A stretch of 24,000 bases of DNA from Methanococci archaeon (GCA_013153845.1 JAADDS010000013.1:1-24000); one strand, 5' to 3'; positions 7,151-17,792 are shown, numbered from the stretch's first letter. Program-made: numbers and translations. Notes: a model not told the origin generated them from the letters alone.

Positions 7151-7228
7151 ACTTATCCCTTCTAATTCCGAATTTTTAATTTTTTAAATTTTTATCAATT
7201 TTTGTCTATTTATTATTTAACTTCTATT

Positions 7229-7948
7229 TTAACTTTTAGATATTTTTAATGCATCTTTTAAATTAATCATTCCCTTATAAAGTGCAGATCCAATAATAAC
7301 GCCCTCAACTCCGATCTCTTTGAGTTTTTTTATATCTTCGAGTGTTGTTATTCCACCAGAATAAATTATTGGAACTCCTACATTCTTTACTAATGCTTCA
7401 ATTATATCTGTTTTAATTCCACTCAACATTCCCTCAACGTCAACATTCGTAAATAAAATCCCTCCAACGTTTTTTTCATATTTTTTTGCAATCTCTATGG
7501 GATTTTTATTGATCGTCTCTTTCCATCCTTTTATAACAACTTTCCCCTGTTTACACTCAACAGCTAAAATTATTTTTTCTCTTTCAATTTCAGAAAGTAA
7601 TTCATTTAAAAAGGTCGGATCGGTTATTGCCTTAGTTCCTACTACGATTTTATCTACACCAATATCCATTAACCTCTTAGCAATTGTTAAACTTCTAATT
7701 CCTCCTCCAACTTCAACAGGAATATTAACCTCTTCAACGATCTTTTCAATAACATCAATATTACTTCCGCAACCTAATGCAGCATCAAGATCAACAATAT
7801 GTAAGTATTCTGCTCCATCATATTCCCATTTTTTAGCAACTCTTACAGGATCTTCGAGTTCTAAGTGTTTTTTAGTTGGATCTCCTTGAATTAATTGCAC
7901 ACATTTTTTATCTTTTAGATCAACAGCGGGAATTACGATCACACTCAA
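7229..7948 (-). CDS. hisA: ProFAR isomerase HisA (histidine biosynthesis)
   Basis: IPAVDLKDKKCVQLIQGD N-terminus, internal GGGIRS and C-terminal SGGI phosphate-binding motifs of the HisA (beta/alpha)8 barrel. Confidence 0.85.
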   Translation of the reverse strand: MSVIVIPAVDLKDKKCVQLIQGDPTKKHLELEDPVRVAKKWEYDGAEYLHIVDLDAALGCGSNIDVIEKIVEEVNIPVEVGGGIRSLTIAKRLMDIGVDKIVVGTKAITDPTFLNELLSEIEREKIILAVECKQGKVVIKGWKETINKNPIEIAKKYEKNVGGILFTNVDVEGMLSGIKTDIIEALVKNVGVPIIYSGGITTLEDIKKLKEIGVEGVIIGSALYKGMINLKDALKISKS

Positions 7949-8272
7949 TCACCTATTTAGATACTTTTTATATTTTTTTAAGTTATAACATCCATATCTT
8001 TAACTTTTATAATAAGTTTTATAAACAGTTTAATAATTAAGTAGTCATAATTTAGATTTTATAAAGATTTGTATGCCTAAGTATTTTGACAGTTAGGTTA
8101 TAACAACTTTGTATAAAAATTATTTAGTAAAAGATTATTAGAATGTTATAAAAATTATCCATAGTTGTCGCTTAGGAGAGTAATCTTACAAACAATTCGA
8201 TTAAATTACACAAACTTAAATATTTTAAGAAAAATAAAGATAAAAATAGAAGAAAAATAAAGAGGAGATCTT

Positions 8273-8839
8273 ATGTTCATTGTGTTTGAGGGCATAGATG
8301 GGAGTGGAAAGACCACAATCTCAAAAAAACTGGCTAAAAGTATAAACGCATTTTGGACTTATGAGCCATCAAATAGTGTTGTAGGGGACTTAATTAGGAA
8401 AATACTTTCTGGAAATGTCAAAGTTGATGATAAAACCTTGGCATTATTATTTTCAGCGGATAGGGTAGAGCATAGCAAGAAGATTAAAGAAGAGCTTAAA
8501 CATAGGAGTGTGGTGTGTGATAGATACCTCTACTCTTCAATTGCTTATCAAAGTGTTGCAGGTGTTGATGAGGACTTTATAAGGTCAATAAACAGATATG
8601 CATTGAAGCCAGATCTTGTTTTTTTGCTAATTTGTGATGTTGAAACTGCACTAAAACGAATAAACACAGAAGATATTTTTGAAAAAAAAGAATTTTTAGA
8701 AAAAGTGCAAGAGAAATACTTAGATCTTGCAAAAAAAGAAGGTTTTGTGATCATAGACACAACAGACAGAAGTGTTGAGGATGTTTATGATGAAGTTTTT
8801 AGCATACTAAAACCAATGATCACTCAACATAGTTTTTAA
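8273..8839 (+). CDS. tmk: Thymidylate kinase
   Basis: P-loop FEGIDGSGKTT and DRY motif (CDRYLYSS). AGAGGAG ribosome-binding site upstream. Confidence 0.85.
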   Translation: MFIVFEGIDGSGKTTISKKLAKSINAFWTYEPSNSVVGDLIRKILSGNVKVDDKTLALLFSADRVEHSKKIKEELKHRSVVCDRYLYSSIAYQSVAGVDEDFIRSINRYALKPDLVFLLICDVETALKRINTEDIFEKKEFLEKVQEKYLDLAKKEGFVIIDTTDRSVEDVYDEVFSILKPMITQHSF

Positions 8840-8910
8840 ATAGGGAATAACAAAATATATAAACAATTAATATTTAGAGTGGTATGTTAAAATTGTTAAA
8901 GGTGGGGATT

Positions 8911-9495
8911 ATGAAAGTTGCATGTGATATTCCTGTTTCGGAAGTTATGAGCTTTCCAGTCATTACCGCAAAAAAGAATATGAGTGTTTATGATATTGCA
9001 AACATAATGACAGAACATAATATAGGAGCAGTGGTGATCGTTGAAGATAACAAACCCGTAGGAATTTTAACTGAGAGAGATATTGTTAAAAGAGTCGTTT
9101 CAAAAAATTTAAAGCCAAAAGAAGTTTTAGCGGAAGAGGTTATGAGTAAAAAGATAATAACTATTCATCAAAATGCATCAATAACAGAAGCTGCTAAAAT
9201 TATGGCAAGATGCGGAGTAAAGAGATTACCCGTAGTTAAGGATGGGAATTTAATGGGAATAATTACTCAAAGCGATATAATCAAAATATCTCCAAATCTA
9301 TTGGAAATCGTTATGGAATATGCATCAATAACCCCTGAAGATGTAGAAGGGTTTTCATTAGATACTGATGAATTTAGCGAAGAATACATTAATGGAATAT
9401 GTGAAAACTGCGGTTATCAGGGCAGAGTAAGATTATACCATGGAAGATACTTATGTGATGAATGTATAGAAGAATTCGAAGAAAAAGAAGAGTAA
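8911..9495 (+). CDS. CBS-domain pair protein with C-terminal zinc ribbon
   Basis: Two CBS repeats (GAVVIVEDNKPVGILTERDI and RLPVVKDGNLMGIITQSDI). C-terminal CENCG...CDEC. GGTGGGG ribosome-binding site before the ATG at 8911. Confidence 0.75.
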   Translation: MKVACDIPVSEVMSFPVITAKKNMSVYDIANIMTEHNIGAVVIVEDNKPVGILTERDIVKRVVSKNLKPKEVLAEEVMSKKIITIHQNASITEAAKIMARCGVKRLPVVKDGNLMGIITQSDIIKISPNLLEIVMEYASITPEDVEGFSLDTDEFSEEYINGICENCGYQGRVRLYHGRYLCDECIEEFEEKEE

Positions 9496-9556
9496 ATTAA
9501 ATAAAAGATAAAATTACAAAAAATTACAATAATAAAAGTAAATTAAAATTAAAAAA

Positions 9557-10465
9557 TCATCTATGGGCTAAACCAACTATCTCTTTTAGAGTAAGGCCCT
9601 CCTCTTTTAGAAACGAACATATCTCATCACAGATCTTTTTGAACACATCATATCCTCTATAATAAACTCCACTTCCAACTTGAACAGCTGAAGCACCCGC
9701 CATCATATATTCAATAGCATCCTCTCCACTCATTATTCCTCCAACACCAATAATAGGCACATCAAAGTTCTCATACAGATCCCAAACTGCCTTTACACCG
9801 ATAGGTTTTATCGCTTTTCCACTTAATCCTCCAAATTTGTTAGATAATATAGGTTTTTTCGCTTTAATATCTATAACCATTCCTCTAACAGTATTAATTG
9901 CCACAAGACCATCAACTCCCGCCTCTACAACCGCCCCAGCTATTTCTACAATATCACTAACATTTGGAGTTAATTTAGCAAAAACAGGGATTTTAACAAC
10001 ATCCTTAACCGCAGCACATACGTTATATGACATCTCTGGATTTTGCCCTATTGTTGCTCCATAACCCTTCGCATGAGGACAGGAAATATTTAACTCAATG
10101 GCATCAACAAAACTTTCAATTTTCTTAGCGACATCTATAAATTCATCCTCATCCTTTCCATATATCGAGCCAATAACCCTAACACCCATTTTTTCAAGGT
10201 CTTTTTTAACAGATTTTATTTCCTCTATGTATTCATCAACCCCAGGGTTTGGTAAACCCATCGCATTTAAAAATCCTCCATAAACTTCTACAATCGTGGG
10301 ATTTTTATGTCCAGAGTTTGGATATAATCCAACTGATTTCGTAACAACTGCCCCGGATCCTCCCTTTGCAATTCTTTTTAACGCACTACCTGTTTCTCCC
10401 ATTATTCCACTTGCTAAAAATACCGGATTTTTGAATTTAATACCACAAATTTCAGTTTCTAACAT
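9557..10465 (-). CDS. pyrD: Dihydroorotate dehydrogenase, class 1B catalytic subunit
   Basis: FKNPVFLASG N-terminus, catalytic-loop NISCPH, and C-terminal GVGGI FMN-binding motif. Confidence 0.85.
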   Translation of the reverse strand: MLETEICGIKFKNPVFLASGIMGETGSALKRIAKGGSGAVVTKSVGLYPNSGHKNPTIVEVYGGFLNAMGLPNPGVDEYIEEIKSVKKDLEKMGVRVIGSIYGKDEDEFIDVAKKIESFVDAIELNISCPHAKGYGATIGQNPEMSYNVCAAVKDVVKIPVFAKLTPNVSDIVEIAGAVVEAGVDGLVAINTVRGMVIDIKAKKPILSNKFGGLSGKAIKPIGVKAVWDLYENFDVPIIGVGGIMSGEDAIEYMMAGASAVQVGSGVYYRGYDVFKKICDEICSFLKEEGLTLKEIVGLAHR

Positions 10466-10609
10466 AATCGTTTCACCATTCTCTTTCTTTAAAACTATAA
10501 ACCACTATACAACTATTCTTACGTTTTTTTATGTTTTTAATTTTATTTTTTGATATTGTTTAAAATGCATTATTTAATATAAATCAGTTTTTACTTTTTA
10601 TTTTTACTT

Positions 10610-11479
10610 TTATTTTTTTGGAAATCTTCTGTAGAGACAGTTTGGGTAGTTCGTGCATCCTAAAAATTCTCCCTTTTTTGTCCTAACAATCCTTAATTTA
10701 GATCCGCACCAAGGGCATGTGTTATCATCTATTTTTGACATTATATCCAAAATTGCAGGGTTTTTATTGCATAATCTCTCTTTATTGTATATTATTTTGT
10801 TATTAACAGAGTCCACATAGACGATAAAGTTTTTAAAGAGATGGGAGTTTTCTAAATCGATAATTATTTTACCATTGCTTATTTTTATTCCAGAAGTTAT
10901 TTGCATGTTTGTCTTTATTGGGAGAAGATAATACCCCTGCCCCGAATACTCTAAAAGTCCCATATTATACTTTATCCTACCAATTAACCAGTTATAGTCC
11001 CTATTTGCGACAAATCTAATAGTTTCTTCTATATTATCAAACATATTCTTTTCCTTTATGTTATCTAAAACTTCTCTTATAAACTCATCTTCCTCATATC
11101 CTTTTGTTAACATATTAACTGCCTTTCCAATAAATTCTTTTTTATCAAGCTTTATCAATAGTAAAAGTCCATTAAAGGCGTTTGCTACAACATATTTCTC
11201 TTTTTCTATTATATCTCTTCTGTCAAATATAAAGTATGTTCTTGCAAAAACTTGTTTCTGTCCTTTTGGAGAAACTATCTTTTTTATTTCAAATTTTTTT
11301 TCGTATGAATTTGTTATTCCATAATAAAAGACCGGCATCTTTGCATTTTCAAGTCCAATTATTGAAATAAATCCTTCTGGAACTTTCCAATTTTGATCAT
11401 AATTTTTAGAATCAAGTTTGCTGACATTAAAATGTAAATCTTTTGACAATACTTCAAATAACTCATTTAACACGCTCAT
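10610..11479 (-). CDS. Hypothetical protein with C-terminal topoisomerase-type C4 zinc finger
   Basis: C-terminus CPWCGSKLRIVRTKKGEFLGCTNYPNC matches the Topo I/III-type zinc-finger pattern. I do not recognise the N-terminal ~240 aa. ATG at 11479 follows AGGAGGG. Confidence 0.55.
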   Translation of the reverse strand: MSVLNELFEVLSKDLHFNVSKLDSKNYDQNWKVPEGFISIIGLENAKMPVFYYGITNSYEKKFEIKKIVSPKGQKQVFARTYFIFDRRDIIEKEKYVVANAFNGLLLLIKLDKKEFIGKAVNMLTKGYEEDEFIREVLDNIKEKNMFDNIEETIRFVANRDYNWLIGRIKYNMGLLEYSGQGYYLLPIKTNMQITSGIKISNGKIIIDLENSHLFKNFIVYVDSVNNKIIYNKERLCNKNPAILDIMSKIDDNTCPWCGSKLRIVRTKKGEFLGCTNYPNCLYRRFPKK

Positions 11480-11500
11480 GGTATCCCTCCTCATTTAAAA

Positions 11501-13009
11501 CTAAATGTTTGGTCTTGGCAATTTTTCATCTCTTGTTTCTACAACAACCAACATCGGCTTATCCTTTTTAACATATTCCCGAATAGTTTGCGGGATTTCC
11601 TCTACACTTTCAATATAGCAGTTATCTATGTCAAACGCATCTGCCAATCTATTTAAATCTGGATTCTTTATCTTGCAAAATTCTGCTAAACTGTTATTTT
11701 TCATCACAATCATGAGAATTTTTAAATTGTGTTCAGAGATAACTTGTAATTCTTCAACGTTCATTAAAAAGCCACCATCTCCACTAATAGAAACAACCTC
11801 TCTATCAATTCCAAAGTCGATGGTTCCAAATTTTACTCCAATCGATACCGGAACAGAAAATCCCATGGTTCCAAAAGAATGGGAAGCGATTATGTTCCTT
11901 GGAACTACACAGGTTTTTAGTAGGCATGTAAATACAGTATGTTTTCCAGCATCGGTAATTATTATAGAATTTTCTGGAATATTTTCAATAATTTCATTTA
12001 TTTTCGTGGAATAATCCCCTTGTGGAGATATTCTTTTCCATTTTTCAGTTTCCCATGGTTCTCCAAGATCGAGTGTTTCAAAAAACTCTTTTATTTCTTT
12101 GATGTTTTTAGGTGTTAGATGTATGTTCTCTGTTTTACTTAAAAGTTTTTTTCTAATGCTTTCAGGATAGGTATTGAATGATAGTGATGAGGAAATATTT
12201 ATTATACTATCTGCCTCTAACAGGGGTTTTATTACCCCTCTTCTACCAATCAATCCCACACAATTTTCTTCTTTTTCGTTTATAACTCCCCTCGCTGGAA
12301 ACGTTGTTGCTATTGGAATATCCACATTTTTAAGAAATTTTGAGATCTTTTCCATCTCTTTATAACTTAATGTTCCATATATCCCCTGACCAATCAAAAT
12401 TAATGTTTTTTTAAATTTCTCATTTTCATTAATTAAAGTTTTCCAATTAAATGTTTTATCAACTATGTCATTATCTTTATTATTATTGTTCATCTCATTT
12501 AAATTTATTTCTTCTCCTATTGTAAACTCTTCATAAACATCCTTTGGGATATTAAGATGAACGGGTTTTTTATTTTGAAAACTTAAAGAAAATGCCTCTT
12601 CAAAATATTTTAAATTCGGCTCTTTAACAAAATATCCCTTATAAAAGTTTAAAAAACTCATATCTATTTCTTGAAAGTAATTTTTGCCAATCTTATCTCT
12701 GGAACATCGTCCAGTAATTGCTATAACAGCAGAACTATCTTTGTAGGATGTTGCGATAGGTGTTGTCAAATTCGTAGCTCCGGGACCTGCTGTAACTAAA
12801 CAAACGCCCACGTGGTTGGTTATTCTTGCATAACCATCTGCCATAAAGCCAGCTCCTCTTTCGTCTCTAACCATAACATTTTTTATACTGCTATTTTCTA
12901 TCTCATTATACAGTGGAAGAATCTGCTCCCCGGGATAGGAAAATATTCTCTTAACATTTTTTTCTAAGAAATCTACAATTGATTCTAAAAACTTTGTTAT
13001 AACAACCAC
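11501..13009 (-). CDS. Thiamine-pyrophosphate enzyme, acetolactate synthase large-subunit-like
   Basis: N-terminal Pyr domain (YPGEQILPLY, GPGATNL) and C-terminal TPP-binding motif GDGGFLMN. GTG start. Confidence 0.7.
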   Translation of the reverse strand: MVVITKFLESIVDFLEKNVKRIFSYPGEQILPLYNEIENSSIKNVMVRDERGAGFMADGYARITNHVGVCLVTAGPGATNLTTPIATSYKDSSAVIAITGRCSRDKIGKNYFQEIDMSFLNFYKGYFVKEPNLKYFEEAFSLSFQNKKPVHLNIPKDVYEEFTIGEEINLNEMNNNNKDNDIVDKTFNWKTLINENEKFKKTLILIGQGIYGTLSYKEMEKISKFLKNVDIPIATTFPARGVINEKEENCVGLIGRRGVIKPLLEADSIINISSSLSFNTYPESIRKKLLSKTENIHLTPKNIKEIKEFFETLDLGEPWETEKWKRISPQGDYSTKINEIIENIPENSIIITDAGKHTVFTCLLKTCVVPRNIIASHSFGTMGFSVPVSIGVKFGTIDFGIDREVVSISGDGGFLMNVEELQVISEHNLKILMIVMKNNSLAEFCKIKNPDLNRLADAFDIDNCYIESVEEIPQTIREYVKKDKPMLVVVETRDEKLPRPNI

Positions 13010-13150
13010 CCAACCTGGTTATTATGAATAACTAACAAATAAACAATAAATTAACGATAATTAAATAAGAATTAAATAATCAATAATTTAATAATTTTAA
13101 CCTACTTAATCCATCGCAATTTATATTCTTGGGATATTTCGGGTGAGATC

Positions 13151-13855
13151 GTGGATAAAAGAATAGTAGTTAGATTGTGTGTTTATCCTATTGCATACTT
13201 ACTTTGGGGCGGTTTGATGTGGTATTCACAAGTAGTTCATCCTTTTGACCTGACTAATTTTTTATTCTATATTCCTCTCTGCAATAAAGGGTTTTATACA
13301 ACTTTACAGACCCTTCCTTATCCAGTAATCGAATTTTTTAGAATTATATACCTCTATGGTTTCTCTTTAATAATCGTTGGAGGAATTGGTTATTATCTTT
13401 TTATAAAGAAGGACTTTTTAAAGAGTGATATGATTTTGATAGATCTGGCGTTAGGTTGGTTATTTGCAGGAATTATATATACTTTTGTTGTTGTTAAGTC
13501 CCCTTTTCAAGTTGGTGTTGCGAAGGATCTTGTTGATTATCACTACTTTTGGATATTTACAAAGCCAACCTATGAGATTCCATCTCTTCACACTGCATAC
13601 TCACTTTTATTAGCCCTACACTTTAAGGATGAAAAACCGTTGAATTATATTTTTTTTGCTATGGCAGTGTTGATTCCAATAGCCACGTTGATCATGGGTA
13701 TGCATTGGATCGTCGATGTGATAACAGGAGTTATATACGGCTATCTAATATATAAGTTTCCCAAGACATTACATAAAAAAATAAGCGAAGCATTGGATTT
13801 TTTAGCAGGACATATAAAACCTTGCGTTTTTTGTGGAAAATGCAAAGAAAAATAG
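13151..13855 (+). CDS. Integral membrane protein, PAP2-like phosphatase or transferase superfamily
   Basis: Multiple hydrophobic helices. PSLH and HWIVDV motifs resemble the PAP2 C2/C3 motifs. GTG start after GGGTGAG. Confidence 0.45.
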   Translation: MDKRIVVRLCVYPIAYLLWGGLMWYSQVVHPFDLTNFLFYIPLCNKGFYTTLQTLPYPVIEFFRIIYLYGFSLIIVGGIGYYLFIKKDFLKSDMILIDLALGWLFAGIIYTFVVVKSPFQVGVAKDLVDYHYFWIFTKPTYEIPSLHTAYSLLLALHFKDEKPLNYIFFAMAVLIPIATLIMGMHWIVDVITGVIYGYLIYKFPKTLHKKISEALDFLAGHIKPCVFCGKCKEK

Positions 13856-13973
13856 TTGTGCGAAATTATAAAAATATTTGCACATCCATAGGTATTTATA
13901 CCCCTTTTAACAAGGATATTAATGAGCGAAATGCGATGAAATAAAATACTACTTTGAAATTTTGGTGAATTAA

Positions 13974-14207
13974 ATGTTTAATAATAAAGGAAGAAGAAAT
14001 GTAAGAGATAATGAAATACAAAGAAATGTTCCAGTTAAAGAAGGAGAAACCTATACTGTTACTATTGAAGATATGGGTAGAGGCGGAGACGGAATAGCAA
14101 GAGTTGAGGGCTTTGTTGTCTTCGTCCCTGAAACACAGAAAGGAGAGACAGTAAATGTTAGAATAACTGCTGTCAAAAGTAAGTTTGCATTTGCAGAAAA
14201 AATTTAA
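13974..14207 (+). CDS. TRAM-domain RNA-binding protein
   Basis: The 77-aa sequence [24 protein letters not shown]...[11 protein letters not shown] is a typical stand-alone archaeal TRAM domain. Confidence 0.75.
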   Translation: MFNNKGRRNVRDNEIQRNVPVKEGETYTVTIEDMGRGGDGIARVEGFVVFVPETQKGETVNVRITAVKSKFAFAEKI

Positions 14208-14216
14208 AACCCTTTT

Positions 14217-14262
14217 AAGGTTTAGCTAAACCTTTTCATTTTATTTTATTTATTTTATTCAT
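14217..14262. terminator. Bidirectional terminator candidate: perfect 18-bp palindrome plus T-runs
   Basis: AAGGTTTAGCTAAACCTT (14217-14234) is self-complementary and is followed by an oligo-T-rich tract. It lies between convergent genes. Confidence 0.5.
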
Positions 14263-14356
14263 TATTTTATCCATTTTTATTCATCTTATTTATTTTTTGT
14301 TTTTAATTTTTAGTTAGGTTGTTAGTTTTTAGATCTTAATTGTTCTCTTTATTCTT

Positions 14357-14773
14357 TTATTTTTCTAACTCGCATAGGAGTGCATTGATTATTGATATTA
14401 GAACATCCTCTTTTATAGCTCTTGATCTAATCTTCTCTGCAACTCTTAAGGCCTCTCTATACTTTCCAATTTCTATTAACTTCTTAGCTATCTTTTCTAA
14501 ATCTGTCTCTGTTCTAATTTTTTCAGATAACATTATTGCCTTCTCGATATTGCCATTATCTATATACTTAATCGCAACTTTTCTTAACACTTCATCCCTC
14601 AATCCGGGACTTGAAATCTTTTCAGCAACCTTAACCGCCTCTTCATAGTAGCCCTTTTCTATTAAAGTTAAAGCAATTATCTCCAATTTTGCATCTTCTT
14701 TTATCTCTTCAACTTTTTTTAACACTTCTTCTATATTTCCCTCTTCAATTAGTTTTATTATATCACTAACCAT
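14357..14773 (-). CDS. Small alpha-helical repeat protein (HEAT/TPR-like)
   Basis: Recurring units of roughly 30 aa of the form G.YEEA.KVAEKI...EVL. No enzymatic motifs. Confidence 0.5.
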   Translation of the reverse strand: MVSDIIKLIEEGNIEEVLKKVEEIKEDAKLEIIALTLIEKGYYEEAVKVAEKISSPGLRDEVLRKVAIKYIDNGNIEKAIMLSEKIRTETDLEKIAKKLIEIGKYREALRVAEKIRSRAIKEDVLISIINALLCELEK

Positions 14774-14989
14774 CTTCCCCCTCCTTGTTGTTCACTTATT
14801 TTAAAAATTTTTTCATATTTTATCTACATGTCTAATTTTAATCAACCTAATATATATAATTTTTTAAGTTGGTGTTTATTATGGCACTATATAACACAAC
14901 CAAGTAAAAACCAAAACAAAAAACAAACAACAAGATAAAAAATTAAACCAAAAAAATAAATTTAACACAAATAAACCTAAAAAATCAAA

Positions 14990-15961
14990 TCATAAAAACT
15001 TATAAAACCCTCCAGTATATCCAAGAGACCTCAAAAACTCAACGTCATCTTTATTTAACTCGCATCTCCTCGTTGGAGGAACTTCCTTTCCAGATCTTGC
15101 ATATATAACTCCCCCTTTCTTTTTAGCCCCAAGATATTTCCCTGCATTACCATCAACAACTATTATCCCATCTCTCATTTCAAAGCCAGTGAAATCATTA
15201 GTATTTCCGTTAATTATAACAAGCCCTCCATTTAAAACCGCTCCAGTATTTTTTCCAGCATTTCCATTAACTATAACTTTCCCATTCTTCATTAAAATTC
15301 CAGTAGATAGATCAACATCTCCATTAACTACAACTGTTTTATCTTCATTCAATCTTGCTCCAACAGTGTCTCTTTTTATTTTATCATTTATCTCTAAAAT
15401 TCCTTCATTTTCATCAAATTTATTCGGTTTTAAAAGTTTTTCTTCCTTATATCTTTCTTCAACAAACTCGGTTATAGATATGAATTTCCTATAGCCCTTT
15501 ATATCGCTCTCAACCTCTATAACATTCCCCATCGGCTCTTTTATCTTATTTTTTTCATTAATATAGACGGTTCCAGATAACATACTAATTCCAAATCTTG
15601 TATCAACATCCCCATCCACTATAACCGTTCCTACTTTTATCCTTCCTCCACTTCCTCCAAAATATTTTAAATCAACCCCCATAGAGGAGCAGAATCTTTT
15701 CCCAACATTTCCTTTAATATAAACTATCCCTCCATTCTTTAAATGCTCTACAAGGGTTTTAAAGGTAATATTTCCTTTTATCTCTGCCTCTGGATTAAAA
15801 TCACTCTGCCATATAAAATTATATGTGAAATCGCATAGGCAGTTAATCGGCTCTTTTATATCTATGGTTATTACTCGATCTCGGTTTTTATTTAAAAATT
15901 CTTCTAATTTTTCCTTTTTTTCATTCCCTCTGTTTTTAAAGAGTTTGAGACGGAACATCAC
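14990..15961 (-). CDS. GXGXG beta-helix protein related to formylmethanofuran dehydrogenase subunit C / glutamate synthase C-terminal domain
   Basis: Two blocks of G-rich beta-helix repeats (GNVGKR...GGSGG...VDGDVD and NGDVD..NGNAGKN..NGNTND..DGNAGKY). Confidence 0.65.
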   Translation of the reverse strand: MMFRLKLFKNRGNEKKEKLEEFLNKNRDRVITIDIKEPINCLCDFTYNFIWQSDFNPEAEIKGNITFKTLVEHLKNGGIVYIKGNVGKRFCSSMGVDLKYFGGSGGRIKVGTVIVDGDVDTRFGISMLSGTVYINEKNKIKEPMGNVIEVESDIKGYRKFISITEFVEERYKEEKLLKPNKFDENEGILEINDKIKRDTVGARLNEDKTVVVNGDVDLSTGILMKNGKVIVNGNAGKNTGAVLNGGLVIINGNTNDFTGFEMRDGIIVVDGNAGKYLGAKKKGGVIYARSGKEVPPTRRCELNKDDVEFLRSLGYTGGFYKFL

Positions 15962-16239
15962 AATCCCTTTTTACATTTTCATTACACATATAATAATTTA
16001 TTGCGTCGTTTATTTATTTAAATTTTCATTAGATAAGTTAAACTATTTATATCAGAATAGAGTATTATTCTTCATAAAATATGAATTAAAAAATTGCTGT
16101 TTAAAGCAATTAAAAACAAGAAATTAGAACATCATATCAATAATATATAATGAATTAATAATATAAACCCAAACGTTTAATTGAATATAACAATTTATGA
16201 TAATCATTAAAATAACTTTAAAAGTTCTGAGTGGTGAGT

Positions 16240-17085
16240 ATGTTAAGAGGAAAAGAAGCAACGTTAGCAGGAATTATAAGGGTTATAATTGAAGAAGAGC
16301 CAGAGACGCAAGACGAGATCGCTGAAAAACTCGGAATAAGTAGGAGATACGTTGCTAAGTTATTAAAACCGCTCATAGATAAAGGTGTCGTTAAACATCC
16401 CTATGTTGTAGATATGAATAAACTTCACACCATCAACTTAGAATTTGACGAAAACATGCTAATGAAAGAGATAAAAACAACTTTTGAACGAATGAAATCT
16501 ACTTTGTTAACTAATTTGGATTTAGTTCACAGGGCATTAAAAAATAACGATGAAAAATTAGCTGAAGATATTATAATAAAGGATTATGCATTAAATAAAA
16601 TGGAAGAAGAGATTAGATTACTTTTAGGAATGGATGCTTTAAAATACCTTCCTGGAGCGTATGCCAATGCGTTTGCAACCATTGCTTCCAACCTTGAAAG
16701 ATTAGGGGATTATGTTGCAAATATTGCTGAAGAGGTTGTTCATGGGTTAAAATTAGATAAAAACATAGAAAAAGATGTTGAGGAGATATTCTCTCTACTA
16801 AAAGAGATGTTAATAGAAGCAATAGATGTTGTAAATAGTAAAAGAAAGGAAACCAAAATTTACGATCTTGAAGAAAAACTTCACGAAAAACTCGAATCTT
16901 TACTTAACAAAGTTTTAGAAAGTAAAAGAGAAGAGTTAAACTTCTATGTGCAGTTTGGGATGTTTTTAAAGGACATTGAGAGATTTGGAGATAGATGTGT
17001 AAATATTGTAGATATTGCTTTGGAATTATATCACAACATCCCAAGAAGTCCAATACCCGAAAGATTAAAGAGAGGAACCTTATAA
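16240..17085 (+). CDS. PhoU-domain protein with N-terminal winged-helix domain
   Basis: wHTH-like QDEIAEKLGISRRYVAKLLKPL. Two PhoU repeats with ERLGDYVANIAE and ERFGDRCVNIVD. ATG at 16240 follows GGTGAG. Confidence 0.7.
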   Translation: MLRGKEATLAGIIRVIIEEEPETQDEIAEKLGISRRYVAKLLKPLIDKGVVKHPYVVDMNKLHTINLEFDENMLMKEIKTTFERMKSTLLTNLDLVHRALKNNDEKLAEDIIIKDYALNKMEEEIRLLLGMDALKYLPGAYANAFATIASNLERLGDYVANIAEEVVHGLKLDKNIEKDVEEIFSLLKEMLIEAIDVVNSKRKETKIYDLEEKLHEKLESLLNKVLESKREELNFYVQFGMFLKDIERFGDRCVNIVDIALELYHNIPRSPIPERLKRGTL

Positions 17086-17154
17086 TTGTAATAATTAATA
17101 AATTATCAACAATTAATAATTAATAATCAGTTGTCAATTATTGGAGGTAAAATA

Positions 17155-17763
17155 ATGCGAGAATTTATATTCAAAGCAAACAAAACTATAACCTCACCAG
17201 ACATAAATTTAAAGGACTTACCAGGAAGTTGTGGAAGGTTGGATCTACTGTGTAGATGCGTAAGTGATGCATTCTTTTTATCCCACGATATAAGGAGAGA
17301 TGTAATATTTTACGCGATTTTATGCGGTCAACCAAATCCTCCCATTTGCATAAAGTTTGTAGGAAGTGAATTGAAAAAGGTCTCTCCAGATGAGAGAAGT
17401 ATCGCAATTTTTATAAAAAAGGCACTAAAAAAATTTGAAGAGATAGATGAGGAGCAGAGAAAATATTGGACTCAATCAACTCCCGGAATATATGTAAAAA
17501 GGGCTGATTTTAGAGATATTGTATTAGAGAAGTTAGAGGAAGGAAAAGAAGTGTTTTACTTACATAAAGATGGTTCAAATGCTGAAAATTTTAATTTTAC
17601 AAATCCAGTGTTTATTTTAGGAGATCATATTGGTCTTAGTAGAGAGGATGAAGATCTGCTTAACAAACTAAATATTAAAAAAATATCTGTATCCCCAATA
17701 GAACTGCATGCAAATCACTGTATAACGATAATACACAATATTCTTGATAAAAAATCTCAGTAG
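17155..17763 (+). CDS. trmY: tRNA (pseudouridine54-N1)-methyltransferase TrmY (SPOUT, DUF358)
   Basis: [11 protein letters not shown]...[16 protein letters not shown]-terminus matches my recollection of the Methanocaldococcus TrmY family. GGAGGT ribosome-binding site. Confidence 0.7.
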   Translation: MREFIFKANKTITSPDINLKDLPGSCGRLDLLCRCVSDAFFLSHDIRRDVIFYAILCGQPNPPICIKFVGSELKKVSPDERSIAIFIKKALKKFEEIDEEQRKYWTQSTPGIYVKRADFRDIVLEKLEEGKEVFYLHKDGSNAENFNFTNPVFILGDHIGLSREDEDLLNKLNIKKISVSPIELHANHCITIIHNILDKKSQ

Positions 17764-17792
17764 ATCAGCAAAAAGTATTTTTTGGGAGAGTT

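Noticed and set aside
12470-12500. Asn-rich low-complexity insert (NEMNNNNKDN) in the TPP enzyme as a possible insertion or slippage-prone repeat.
   Set aside because: It keeps the reading frame and lies in the variable linker or middle domain of ALS-like enzymes. It is typical AT-driven low complexity, and there is no flanking repeat or frameshift.
13921-13973. Possible C/D-box sRNA upstream of the TRAM gene (GCGATGA resembling a C box).
   Set aside because: The C-box match is imperfect (C in place of the consensus U at the second position), and no CTGA D box or terminal stem lies at an appropriate distance. The segment is more simply the TRAM 5' UTR and promoter.
15825-16127. 100-aa ORF running from inside the FwdC-like gene into the divergent intergenic region.
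   Set aside because: It starts antisense within a supported CDS. The remainder is AT-rich promoter DNA, with no RBS and a low-complexity product.
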